Positions 21,664 through 30,502 of a stretch of DNA of 64,000 nucleotides are shown piece after piece (position 1 is the first letter of the stretch; each line of letters starts with the position of its first letter). Where the stretch lies: the NCBI GenBank assembly GCA_019828565.1, contig JAHDYR010000025.1, positions 620,001 through 684,000 on the forward strand. Reading direction: 5' to 3'. A model generated the notes under the pieces. It was given only the letters and a program-made list of their open reading frames with translations, was not told where the DNA came from and made no database searches. Both the position numbers and the translations under genes were made by a program. The stretch comes from Carpediemonas membranifera BICM. Its lineage: Eukaryota; Protista; Fornicata.

Positions 21664-22173
21664 CTACTGAACATAACGGGTGGGAACGTCGACCGTGGGC
21701 ATGCCAGCCGCCTGATAAGCACGGAAACCACCGACCAAATCAGTTGCATGCACTAGGCCGAGCTCCCGCAAGTCTCTGGCAGCGAGCGAGGAGTGGAAAC
21801 CCTCATTACAGACAACAACAACCTCGTCGGCTGGCTCAGGCGCACCGGCCATCCGCCATGCCCCACGGGGGTCGAGGCGCCAGTCCATCACCAGGCGCTC
21901 GATGACGACGGCGCCAGGGATGTGTCCCTCGACGTCACGGGTGACGGCGGAACGAACGTCGATCACATGCGCACCACGGGCCTGGGCAGCGGGGAGATCT
22001 TCAGGCTCCACGCGTGTGATGCCCTTGCGGGAGTCAGCAAGGATTTCCTCGACGGAGCGGCCGGGAAGTGTACCGTTGGACGCCGAGCACTTTGCGCCTG
22101 CTTTCCTGGAATCATTGCAGCAGTTATTCGAGATATTGCAGTCATTTTCGCTGGTTTTAGCGCTGGAGGTCAT
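21664..22173 (-). CDS. Single-domain rhodanese/sulfurtransferase, bacterial (actinobacterial-like) type
   Basis: VIDVRS, GHIPGA, active-site loop VVVVCNEGFHSSLAA and LVGGFRAY motifs. First in-frame ATG at 22173. Confidence 0.85.
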   Translation of the reverse strand: MTSSAKTSENDCNISNNCCNDSRKAGAKCSASNGTLPGRSVEEILADSRKGITRVEPEDLPAAQARGAHVIDVRSAVTRDVEGHIPGAVVIERLVMDWRLDPRGAWRMAGAPEPADEVVVVCNEGFHSSLAARDLRELGLVHATDLVGGFRAYQAAGMPTVDVPTRYVQ

Positions 22174-22625
22174 TGCTGTGATGATGGGCAACGTGGGAAG
22201 CTTGGTATCGGGTCAAGATTGGTCCTGAGTCAATCCGAGACTTGACTGCGCCCGCCCCCAGTGTGGATCTTCACGCCATCGCACGGGTACTGCTTTCATG
22301 ACAAGGCAGTGTCGGGCGACAGCTCTTCTGAGCGATGCCGTCTGGATCTCACCTGATGAGGAGCGTCAGTTCACATGGGGATCTCAATGAGTAGAGAACT
22401 GTAATTCCTACTATTCACTTTGACCCGCGCGGCTTTTCTTCAGGGTGAACAGATGTGACATCGACACGATGAAGGCACGATGAGCCGAGAGGTTACTGGT
22501 GGATTCATAGGGCAGGCTGATTACTTTTGTATTCTGGATATTCTTGATACTCGCAGATTCTTGATTGTGTCCCAAATGAGATATTCTTGACACTTCGAGA
22601 CCACAAGATATCCAACAACAAGACA

Positions 22626-22820
22626 ATGATGGCAAGAACGGCCCTTTGCCTGCTACTGCTACTTGCAATGGTTATGGCCTTCCGTACGGCCCAGATAACA
22701 ACGATCCCTTCAATAGCACAGTGTATGTGCAGTTTATGGCACATTCAGCTTGGCGATGGAGCATCGCATCCTAGAGATCTCGAACCTGCCTTCAGACGCG
22801 ACGACAGAAGATATTTTTAA
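22626..22820 (+). pseudogene. 5' remnant of a signal-peptide gene cut at the duplication junction (22721)
   Basis: MMARTALCLLLLLAMVMAF is a clear signal-peptide pattern. After 32 codons the frame enters duplicated, presumably non-coding DNA and stops at 22820. Confidence 0.5.
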
Positions 22821-23438
22821 GCACTTTGGCCAATTCGGGCCAATCGTGCAGATCCGACGGTTTGTTCATTAGTTTCGGCGTTTATCCAGCGGAAATGCCC
22901 CACATACCCTCGGCAAGGCATACTGTGTGTATAAGGAGGTTAGCGATGCTGTTAAAGCGCGTCGAGAGCTTTCCGGAAAGCCCTTTCACCACCGCTTCCT
23001 GACGATGAAGCCCTATCAGGTCCCCAGGACCGTGAAACCCGAGCTGTGAGGCACTGCGACCTGTAATAACTGTGGCAGTGATTGCTACCATTGGTATGAT
23101 CACACCAATCGGAATACTGCATGCCGGTATTGTGTCGTTTACCTCGAAAGGGTTGGGTGGTAAAACGCGCTTTCAATACTTCATTAGTCCCAGTGTCTGC
23201 TTTCGCTTCACAACCAGCATAGGATAGCCATGTGGGTATTTCTGAGCATTCCTCTCAGTCGCCTGACGCCTCAGAGCGATGGCGCGCCGTTGCTTGGCAT
23301 TGGCGTCCTCCATATCTTTGGCTGCCGAGTGCAGTGGATGCTGGGAAGTCAGCGCCCAGGTCAGAACAGCGCCCAGTGCACTCAGGGGTGGCCAATCAAA
23401 CGGAATTTTGATCGGGAGAACGTGCTTGTCAATATCAT

Positions 23439-23933
23439 ATGCTTGCGGAGCCATTAAAGGGCACCGGCTCTGCACTTCTGTGGGAAACATACCTTGAGGA
23501 TTCCCGTGAATGCCAGAGAGCTATCGAAAACGCCGAGAGTTGCCTCCAGGGACTCGATTCCACTCAAAGGAGGGAAGAGGACGAGATGAGGAGAAGACAA
23601 CAAGAGATTGCAAGGCTGAAAGCTGCCATCCGTGAACTGGAGCAGAAGGAGCGCTCAAGACAGGCTTCCAAGAGCAGTGAAATCAAGCTCCGTCGCGCGC
23701 AACAGACGGAACTCGCAGACCTCGACGCCAAGTACAGGAGAGAGATCGCTTCACGCCGCTGTGTGATCGATGAGCTTCAGAAGGCCGGCGAGCGGGCGGG
23801 CCGAAGCACGGACGCCATCCAGCAGAGACGGATCGAGCGAGAGGAGGTGCTGCGCGGCCTCAAGAAGAAGATGCGGGCGCTCGATGAGGCGACATTCATG
23901 ATCTTGGAGGCTGAGAAGCAGCTCAGCGGGTAG
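23439..23933 (+). CDS. Small coiled-coil protein, copy 1
   Basis: 164-aa ATG ORF with E/R/K/Q-rich heptads. The differences seen versus copy 2 are synonymous. AGTAAA lies downstream. Confidence 0.7.
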   Translation: MLAEPLKGTGSALLWETYLEDSRECQRAIENAESCLQGLDSTQRREEDEMRRRQQEIARLKAAIRELEQKERSRQASKSSEIKLRRAQQTELADLDAKYRREIASRRCVIDELQKAGERAGRSTDAIQQRRIEREEVLRGLKKKMRALDEATFMILEAEKQLSG

Positions 23934-24058
23934 GGCATGTGAGTGTTGAAGCCCACCCTTGAAGCCGACCTTGACGCTGATCCCGAGTAAAGCAGCTTAC
24001 TGTTCACTGGTGAGGCGGGGACGCCGGTAGTGGCGGGTGCAGGCAGACCCAGGGTCGG

Positions 24059-25831
24059 ATGACGAGTTCAAGGAGGAGAACACAAACAATGGCCGACGAG
24101 GACGAATTCAAAGACGTACAGCTGTCAGACTCGTCCGATAGCGACGAAGACTCCTTGAAACAGCTGAAATTGGACATGATCTCCAAGGATGTCGAGAAAT
24201 TTCAGATGACCGAATCGAACACTGTCGTTCCGAAGCCGCCGAGGCCCGCGCAGGACGGAAACCGCCCCGACACGATTGAGGACTTCATCAGAAACTTCCT
24301 GTCTCGCACAAACATGTCTGAGACGCTGGAGGCGTTCCAAGAGGAATGGCACGACGCGCAGGCGCGGAACGCTGGCATGATGGACGAGGCGCTGAGCCTC
24401 CCGAGCGTGTACGCGGAGAACCAGGCGCTGGAGGAGCGCATCCGCGCCATGCAGCAGGAGATGAGGCGGCTGCAGGCCCTCGCGGCAGACTCGAAGAAGG
24501 TGTACAGCCGGCTGTCGAACGCGCGCGACTACCAGAAGATGAACCACCGTCGCGTCGTCCTCGACAAGCACAAGATCATGCGCCAGGTCAAGCAGAAGCT
24601 ACACAAGATCGACGCGGCCGAGCCCGAGCTCCTCGAGATGACGCGCAAGTACGAAGTCGCGATGCGCGAACGCATGGTCACGAAGCTTGAGCGTGACCGT
24701 CTTGCTGACCGTCTGGCCACGCTGGAGAAGAGCGTCGCTGTCGAGGAGCCCAAGGAGGAGACGCCTCCCCCGCCTGACCGCACGCCGAAGAAGAAGAAGC
24801 GCAAGACGCTGACGATGGGGCCCGACGACGAGGAGCGCATCTACGAGGCGTGGGATACCGCGTACAACATGGAGCGCACTCGCGTCGAGATGTTCCACTG
24901 CGTGCGGTCGATCACGGCGCACGACAGCGGCGTCAACGGCATCTACACGCTCTGCAACAACGGCGAGGACGTCATGCTGCTCACGGCTGGTAACGACGGC
25001 ACGTGGAAGCTCTTTGACGGCACGCCTGGCGGCAGCGACACGCCCGTCATCGTCGGCCACGGCCACGCGGACTGGCTCTCGTCCGTGAGCATGGGCATCC
25101 ACGACGGCGGCACCAAGGCCACGATCGTGTCGACCGGCGGCGGTGACAACCGTGTGATCATGTACGACGCGACGACGGGCCTTGGGAGCGTGCTGGCGAC
25201 CGAGGAGGCGCCGCTGTGGGCGTCGGACTTCCACCACTCGGGCGAGTTCTTCTTGACCGCGGGGCACCGCGTCGTCAAGCTGTGGGACGTCGAGCGCAGC
25301 TGCTTCAGCACTCGCGAGCACACGTGCGCCGTCAACTCGGTGCGCTTCCGGCCGCTCAGCAACCTCTTCTGCACGGCGTCTGCCGACAACTCAGTGTCCA
25401 TCTGGGACCCGCGCGTCGACGCCAGCTGCGTCGCCACCATGTTCCACAGCACCGCTGTCAACGACGCCATCTTTTCGCCCGACGGGCAGCGGCTGCTTTC
25501 GTGTGATGCGTCAGGCTACATCGCTGTGCACGACATTCGCGCGACGAAGACGGCGCTCGACACAATCCCGCCTGTCGCGTTCCCCACCTCGCAGGGCGGC
25601 TACGGCGCCAACTCGATCGCGGTCGACCCGAGCGGGCAGACTGTCGTCGTCGGCACTAACGCCAACGAGATCCGCGTGCTCAACCTCGAGGGCGAGCAGA
25701 ACTCGATCAGCACGCTCGACTCGTCGCCGCACGTGGACGCGGTGAACGCTGTTCGGATCCACAGCGACGCGATGCGGACACTTCTGTACACCGCGAGCAG
25801 CGACGGCAGCGTCAAGATCTGGAGCACGTGA
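24059..25831 (+). CDS. SPAG16: PF20/SPAG16 axonemal central-pair WD40 protein, copy 1
   Basis: IEDFIRNFL...ETLEAFQEEW, RDYQKMNHRRV and KYEVAMRERMVTKLERD match the PF20 N-terminal coiled coil. C-terminal WD40 repeats. Start may be ATG 24089. Confidence 0.88.
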   Translation: MTSSRRRTQTMADEDEFKDVQLSDSSDSDEDSLKQLKLDMISKDVEKFQMTESNTVVPKPPRPAQDGNRPDTIEDFIRNFLSRTNMSETLEAFQEEWHDAQARNAGMMDEALSLPSVYAENQALEERIRAMQQEMRRLQALAADSKKVYSRLSNARDYQKMNHRRVVLDKHKIMRQVKQKLHKIDAAEPELLEMTRKYEVAMRERMVTKLERDRLADRLATLEKSVAVEEPKEETPPPPDRTPKKKKRKTLTMGPDDEERIYEAWDTAYNMERTRVEMFHCVRSITAHDSGVNGIYTLCNNGEDVMLLTAGNDGTWKLFDGTPGGSDTPVIVGHGHADWLSSVSMGIHDGGTKATIVSTGGGDNRVIMYDATTGLGSVLATEEAPLWASDFHHSGEFFLTAGHRVVKLWDVERSCFSTREHTCAVNSVRFRPLSNLFCTASADNSVSIWDPRVDASCVATMFHSTAVNDAIFSPDGQRLLSCDASGYIAVHDIRATKTALDTIPPVAFPTSQGGYGANSIAVDPSGQTVVVGTNANEIRVLNLEGEQNSISTLDSSPHVDAVNAVRIHSDAMRTLLYTASSDGSVKIWST

Positions 25832-25960
25832 GCGGTGTGTATATAGATGTTTTTTAAACCGTGTCAGGTCCTTTATGTAATTATGTAATTCCCTTTTGGG
25901 AGTGATCGCAGACGCTTGTTACAGCTGTGGTTTCAGTGAAGAGGCAGCACCGGTATGCCT

Positions 25961-26104
25961 CTAGCGCGCCTCGTCTACCTCTATTTCCGGCACCGCCATC
26001 CAGCAGGTGTCGTCTGGGACGGCCGTGCTGGTCACCTCGGGCATGGCGAGGGGGTCCCGACCCAGCCAGATGAAGCGGGTCAGCATTGATCTCTCAAGCC
26101 TCGA
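25961..26104 (-). pseudogene. 3' fragment of the actin-like gene at 35271-35909
   Basis: Near-identical to 35271-35414; homology stops at the duplication boundary. Confidence 0.9.
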
Positions 26105-26246
26105 CAGACGGGCATGACACTCCTTGTACGTTTGGATTCACTGCATGGCTAAGCGAGGCAGGGTTCTATTTATTGGGCACGCTTGTACACGAAAACCAGA
26201 ACTTACGTCGTATCACAAGCGGCCGGCTGAAACCAGCCATTCCTCC

Positions 26247-26330
26247 GTGACCCTGCCCGGCTGCGCTAGTGCCCGCAACCGTACTTCTGCGAGCACTTGG
26301 CCAGAGTGATAGCCATATGATGGGAGTTGC
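26247..26330. repeat. 84-bp dispersed non-coding element with hairpin, copy 1
   Basis: GTGACCCTGCCCGGCTGCG...GCCATATGATG.GAGTTGC recurs at 58998-59081 in unrelated flanks. Confidence 0.9.
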
Positions 26331-26788
26331 ACCTTCTCCTGCCAACAGTATCAACAACCAACTCAACGATAGCAGGGCGGCCAGTGGTCTTCCCAACGCG
26401 GCATGCCATGATATCTTGAGCAAGATATGACTGCTGGGCATCGACTCCCGGACAGAAGCAGCCGAGTCACACAAGCCATTTAGTGGTGTCAGGAAGCTCC
26501 GGGCTGGGTCGAGTCTGCAAGAGAGGAGACATGATCCGTCTCGACTGGGGCAAACTCGACTGCCCAAAAAGCCCGTTCTTCTAAGCACACACACCCGCCC
26601 CCGGATGCCGTTGCGTTGACGGGCGCATTGCTTGAACAAAATGGGTTGAGAAAAAAGAGAAACGGCCTAAATGAAGCTGGAATGCCCCAACCGCGACTCT
26701 GACCAGAGTTGACCTGTCGACTTTTGACGACTTTGGGACTTGACGTCCCTGTGAGAAGACTACACAGATTTGCACAAACCACGCGGAA

Positions 26789-28468
26789 ATGACAGCTAAA
26801 GCGCCAGAGATAAGCAAAGATGAACTTGTTGAGTTGTATAGTATTGCTAGTACCGTCACACGGGACCTTCCCGGCAACATTCCCGGCTTCCTCAAGGCAG
26901 CCTATGAAGCACAGTTCAAAGCCCGTTTCCCGAAGAAAATTGCGGCAGTCGAGACAGATATGTCAAAGAGCGATCTTGTAGCCACGCTTGAGGCGCTCAA
27001 AGGCTTTAACCCAGAGGCCCAAGCATCTATTGACCGAGCTTGCACAGTATTGACCGACGGCGCAGCGCTCTCCATGAATATCGAGCTGAAGGAGGGCCAA
27101 GGCCTCCCCGTAGCACTGCACACGCTGCTCCAGGGCACTGTGTGGGCGATCCTCATGTGCGGCATCGCCGACCCGGACTTCACCCCCAGCAAGCTCCGTC
27201 ATCGGGCCCCCGCCAGAAAGAGAGATCAGTACACTGCTAAGGCTAGACACCTCTGGTTCATGTGCAAGAAGTTCTACTTCGCCCATCAGATGTCGGAGAA
27301 GGACGGCTGGCAGTCAGCCAAATGGCCCTGCTCGCGCTTGTACTCCGGCCGCCTCTTCGTCAAAGAAGGTCACGTACAGTTGCCCGAGTATGCCCACAGC
27401 TACTTCAAGTACACCCGTGTCCGCGTCCCGGCCGTCTTGGCAGTCGAGATGTCCGCCAAGCCGATGGACTGGCCCGTTTTGGTCACATCAAAGGGACTTT
27501 ACCTCTGGAGTATCGCCCATAACGAAGACGAGGGTCGCAATGAGGATCTTGCCCCAAGACTGATGGAGTTCCGCCACTGCAACAGCGCTGTCGCGTCCTT
27601 TTACGACAGTCTGCCCGTCTGGCACAAGAATCGAATCGTGGTCGACCTGCAGGTGAGGAAGCACGCTCTCTTGTGCACACCAGTTGGCGCGTGCTTCACA
27701 TTACCCGGAGAACCCTTCTTCTTGACCGCTCACGACATGCCACCCTCCTTCATACCCACGAAAGCCCGCATGACGCGCTACGTCGATGTGTTCTCCTCAG
27801 AAACGACCCATATGATCACTGGATACAACGAGCGCGGGGAGCTCGGCTTTGGCCAGCAGCTGGGGTATCGGCAGGATCCCGTCCGGCATTACAAGAAGTT
27901 CCCCCTGCCGTTCGAGGGATTTGCCGGAGACAGCCAGGGGCAGGGCTTCAACGTCTTTGTGCTCGGCGGCCGGGTGTGTTACGCGGGGGTCGTGCCCCAG
28001 TACCGCGAGCTCGGGGAGCTACACACCGTGTTCCGCCACTTCCTCCACCTTGAGTGCAACGACGGGCTTCACCGGATGGAAGACGGGGAGATAGTGATGC
28101 CGCTGACCGAGCTGACGTTCCCGGAGACCGTGAAGCGCTTCTGGTGCACGAGCATCGCAGTCTACTGTGTTTACGAGGGCCGCACCGAGGTGACCCTCGA
28201 CAACAACTGCAGCGTCCCCCCTGCACCCGATACGGTCACATACAGCCTCCCCTTCGAGGCCACGGGGGTGACTGCAGCGGCACGTGGCGAGGAAGACGGC
28301 GACCGGTTCTTCAGAGACAGCGAAGCAGTTTGGTGGTGCGTTAAGGAGGAATGGAACGTCGACATGCCGACGTTCGGGGAGCCCATGGCGATGGATGACG
28401 GCAGCATGGACGAGCTCCTCTTCGTGCTTCGGGCCGACGAGATTGTGCCTGTCAACCACGTGGTGTGA
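26789..28468 (+). CDS. Family member F3
   Basis: GNIPGFLKAAY, LSMNIELKEG, LHTLLQGTVWAIL, DPD, LWFMCKKFYF, LPVWHK and RCC1-like TGYNERGELGFG. Confidence 0.9.
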   Translation: MTAKAPEISKDELVELYSIASTVTRDLPGNIPGFLKAAYEAQFKARFPKKIAAVETDMSKSDLVATLEALKGFNPEAQASIDRACTVLTDGAALSMNIELKEGQGLPVALHTLLQGTVWAILMCGIADPDFTPSKLRHRAPARKRDQYTAKARHLWFMCKKFYFAHQMSEKDGWQSAKWPCSRLYSGRLFVKEGHVQLPEYAHSYFKYTRVRVPAVLAVEMSAKPMDWPVLVTSKGLYLWSIAHNEDEGRNEDLAPRLMEFRHCNSAVASFYDSLPVWHKNRIVVDLQVRKHALLCTPVGACFTLPGEPFFLTAHDMPPSFIPTKARMTRYVDVFSSETTHMITGYNERGELGFGQQLGYRQDPVRHYKKFPLPFEGFAGDSQGQGFNVFVLGGRVCYAGVVPQYRELGELHTVFRHFLHLECNDGLHRMEDGEIVMPLTELTFPETVKRFWCTSIAVYCVYEGRTEVTLDNNCSVPPAPDTVTYSLPFEATGVTAAARGEEDGDRFFRDSEAVWWCVKEEWNVDMPTFGEPMAMDDGSMDELLFVLRADEIVPVNHVV

Positions 28469-29736
28469 GTGACTCTTCCTGCATGCACGCGTCAGCTATA
28501 AAGCAAACTGGGTTTGATGAGTTCTTTTATGCCAACCACGCTTCAGGCGCTCCAGCGTCTGAAGGCTCATTCAGATGCCCGTCTCGGCCGGGGTCCACGG
28601 GTCGACGTCGACTGGGGTAATCTCACGCTCTTCTCGAGAAGATGGCGGCACACACGCGACCAGCTCAGCCACCCCATCTGACACTCTGCCCACTTTGAAC
28701 CACTGGTCGGTGGGGTCGCGGAACGAATGGACACACTGGCCACCTGACATTCTTCTGCCAAGTGCTGTCGCCTTAAAGGGCACAGAGCACTGCTTGTCGT
28801 AATCACACAGATGAGTGCTGCCCTCATTGACCCAGACGAGAGTCAACTGGTCACAAAAGAACCCCTTGACCCTCGCAAGGAAGCGGAGCGGGGTGGCTGT
28901 GAGGCACCTGTCGCCCTCTCTGTATCCTGGCAGCAGGCCAGACTGGACGATATGAGAGAGGACTTGCCCGGCGAACAGCAGCTGACGGCTGCTGAGGAAG
29001 ACATGGAAGGATTGAGATGGCATGATCCGGTCGACTCTGAAAGGAAGCTCCTCGAAGCCAGCCATATCATTCTCGTGCCCGAGTCCCAGCTGGCCATGAC
29101 AGTTATTGCCACTGATCACATACCGATTGCACATGGAGAGTATGACAATATCATATTCATGCACGATGTGATCTGGGATAAATCCAGCGGGCACAGTGAC
29201 TGGGTGGAAGCGGTTATCGTATTCTTGAACAAGGTCTGTATACCATCGTGTCTCGTCGCCCGCCATGACAGTGCCGACCGGGGTGACTATGAACGTCTGC
29301 CATCCCTTCATCGACACATCAGTCACCATCGTATGCTTCTCCCAAGGGGGCAGGCTGGCCTCGAGCTCGGCGACCTTGGTACAGGCGGGGAAGGTGAGGC
29401 GGGTCGGGTCGACGAACTCAGATGACTTGAACCCCAGCTGGCCATTTCCGCTATACCCCCATCTCCACATGCCCTTGGGCGTCCTGGCGATGTGGGTGAT
29501 CACGTTGCTCTCGACCTCGAGGGCCCTGGGCATCCTGGCCCTGGTGAGGGCGGTGTGGTTGGCAGTACTGAGCATGAAGAGTCGGCCCATGTACATGCGG
29601 TGGTGGTGGCATATGTCGTGCCAATTCCACTGATAGCTCTCGCCGTCCTTCTCTGCCACATTCAGCGCGAAGAAGAACTTGCGGCAGAGGAACCAGAGGC
29701 ACTTGGCCTCGGGGGTGAGAGCCTTGCGGATCTTGT
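28346..29736. repeat. Segmental duplication B, copy 1 (3' ends of F3 and F4; direct repeat of 56946-58336)
   Basis: Offset 28600; only three nucleotide differences noticed. Confidence 0.97.
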
Positions 29737-30256
29737 TATGCAAATCGGTTGCGTCTGGGTACATTGCTTGGGATCGTGTCAGCAAGCGGTCTTGTATATC
29801 TGGGTTGGCCCCCGCCTCGACGAGTAGGGCCCATATTGTACCCTGCAGGAGGGTGAAGATGCGCTGCGGGAGGTCCTCGCCGGGCGCCAGAGGGATGTTC
29901 ATGCTCAGCTGGGGCCCGCGCGTGAGTATCGCTGTAACCCTGTTGACAAGGTCGATGGCGCTGCAATGGTGGAGGTCGAGGGCAGCGAGTGCGCTGGCGA
30001 CTTCATCGGCCGTGGCTGGCTCGGCTTCGCCGTCATCGTCCGGAATCTCCCCGCCGAACTCGTGGGTGAAGGCGCTTCGCATGAGTGCGAGAACTTCGCC
30101 GCGACATTTGGCAAAAATGCGGGAGTTAGCAGTGATAAAAGCGTCGCGCTGGATGCTCTTGCTGCTCATAGACATTGATGAGCGCATTGCGGCGAGACGA
30201 GCACGTGAAGCGTCCATTCTCGCGATGCGGGCATCGATCTCATCATCAGGAAGCAT
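28571..30256 (-). CDS. Family member F4 with an N-terminal coiled-coil extension
   Basis: GPQLSMNIPL, TLLQGTIWALL, GANPD, LWFLCRKFFF, and RCC1-like WGYSGNGQLGF and SGNNCHGQLGLGH. First ATG at 30256; the frame stays open to 30436. Confidence 0.88.
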   Translation of the reverse strand: MLPDDEIDARIARMDASRARLAAMRSSMSMSSKSIQRDAFITANSRIFAKCRGEVLALMRSAFTHEFGGEIPDDDGEAEPATADEVASALAALDLHHCSAIDLVNRVTAILTRGPQLSMNIPLAPGEDLPQRIFTLLQGTIWALLVEAGANPDIQDRLLTRSQAMYPDATDLHNKIRKALTPEAKCLWFLCRKFFFALNVAEKDGESYQWNWHDICHHHRMYMGRLFMLSTANHTALTRARMPRALEVESNVITHIARTPKGMWRWGYSGNGQLGFKSSEFVDPTRLTFPACTKVAELEASLPPWEKHTMVTDVSMKGWQTFIVTPVGTVMAGDETRWYTDLVQEYDNRFHPVTVPAGFIPDHIVHEYDIVILSMCNRYVISGNNCHGQLGLGHENDMAGFEELPFRVDRIMPSQSFHVFLSSRQLLFAGQVLSHIVQSGLLPGYREGDRCLTATPLRFLARVKGFFCDQLTLVWVNEGSTHLCDYDKQCSVPFKATALGRRMSGGQCVHSFRDPTDQWFKVGRVSDGVAELVACVPPSSREEREITPVDVDPWTPAETGI

Positions 30257-30502
30257 CGTGCCATTCAAACGAGCAATATCGGCATCAATGTCGGAGATGT
30301 GGGCGTCCAGCCGCTGAAGAGCCTCTTGAGCATCGTTATCGAAAGAAATGACTCGCTTGCAGTCGCCCGACTTGGACCATCCCGATGCAGTCGCTGAACA
30401 TCCGAGCGCCAGTGCCGACTCCACCGGTTGAATCAAACTACATCGACACGAGACCCAAGGAACTCAGCGCGGGCCTCTCCCAGAGAAGATCCAAGCGGCA
30501 CC

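Larger units (their letters stand above)
22721..26104. repeat. Segmental duplication A, copy 1 (direct repeat of 32030-35414)
   Basis: Identity starts at GTGTATGTGCAG and ends at CAAGCCTCGA. Offset 9309/9310; only a handful of SNPs and one 1-bp indel seen. Confidence 0.97.

Noticed and set aside
22345-22410. CTGATGAG, resembling a hammerhead ribozyme core
   Set aside because: No stem II followed by GAAA and no closing stems.
22531-22590. Heat-shock element interpretation of the TTC repeats
   Set aside because: The spacing and the lack of alternating GAA do not fit nGAAn arrays.
22882-23313. Minus-strand frame with an in-frame TGA at 23173-23175 (MEDANAK...MKY*KRVLPP...), possible selenoprotein or readthrough
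   Set aside because: No redox motif, no recognisable SECIS and no homology; chance is sufficient.
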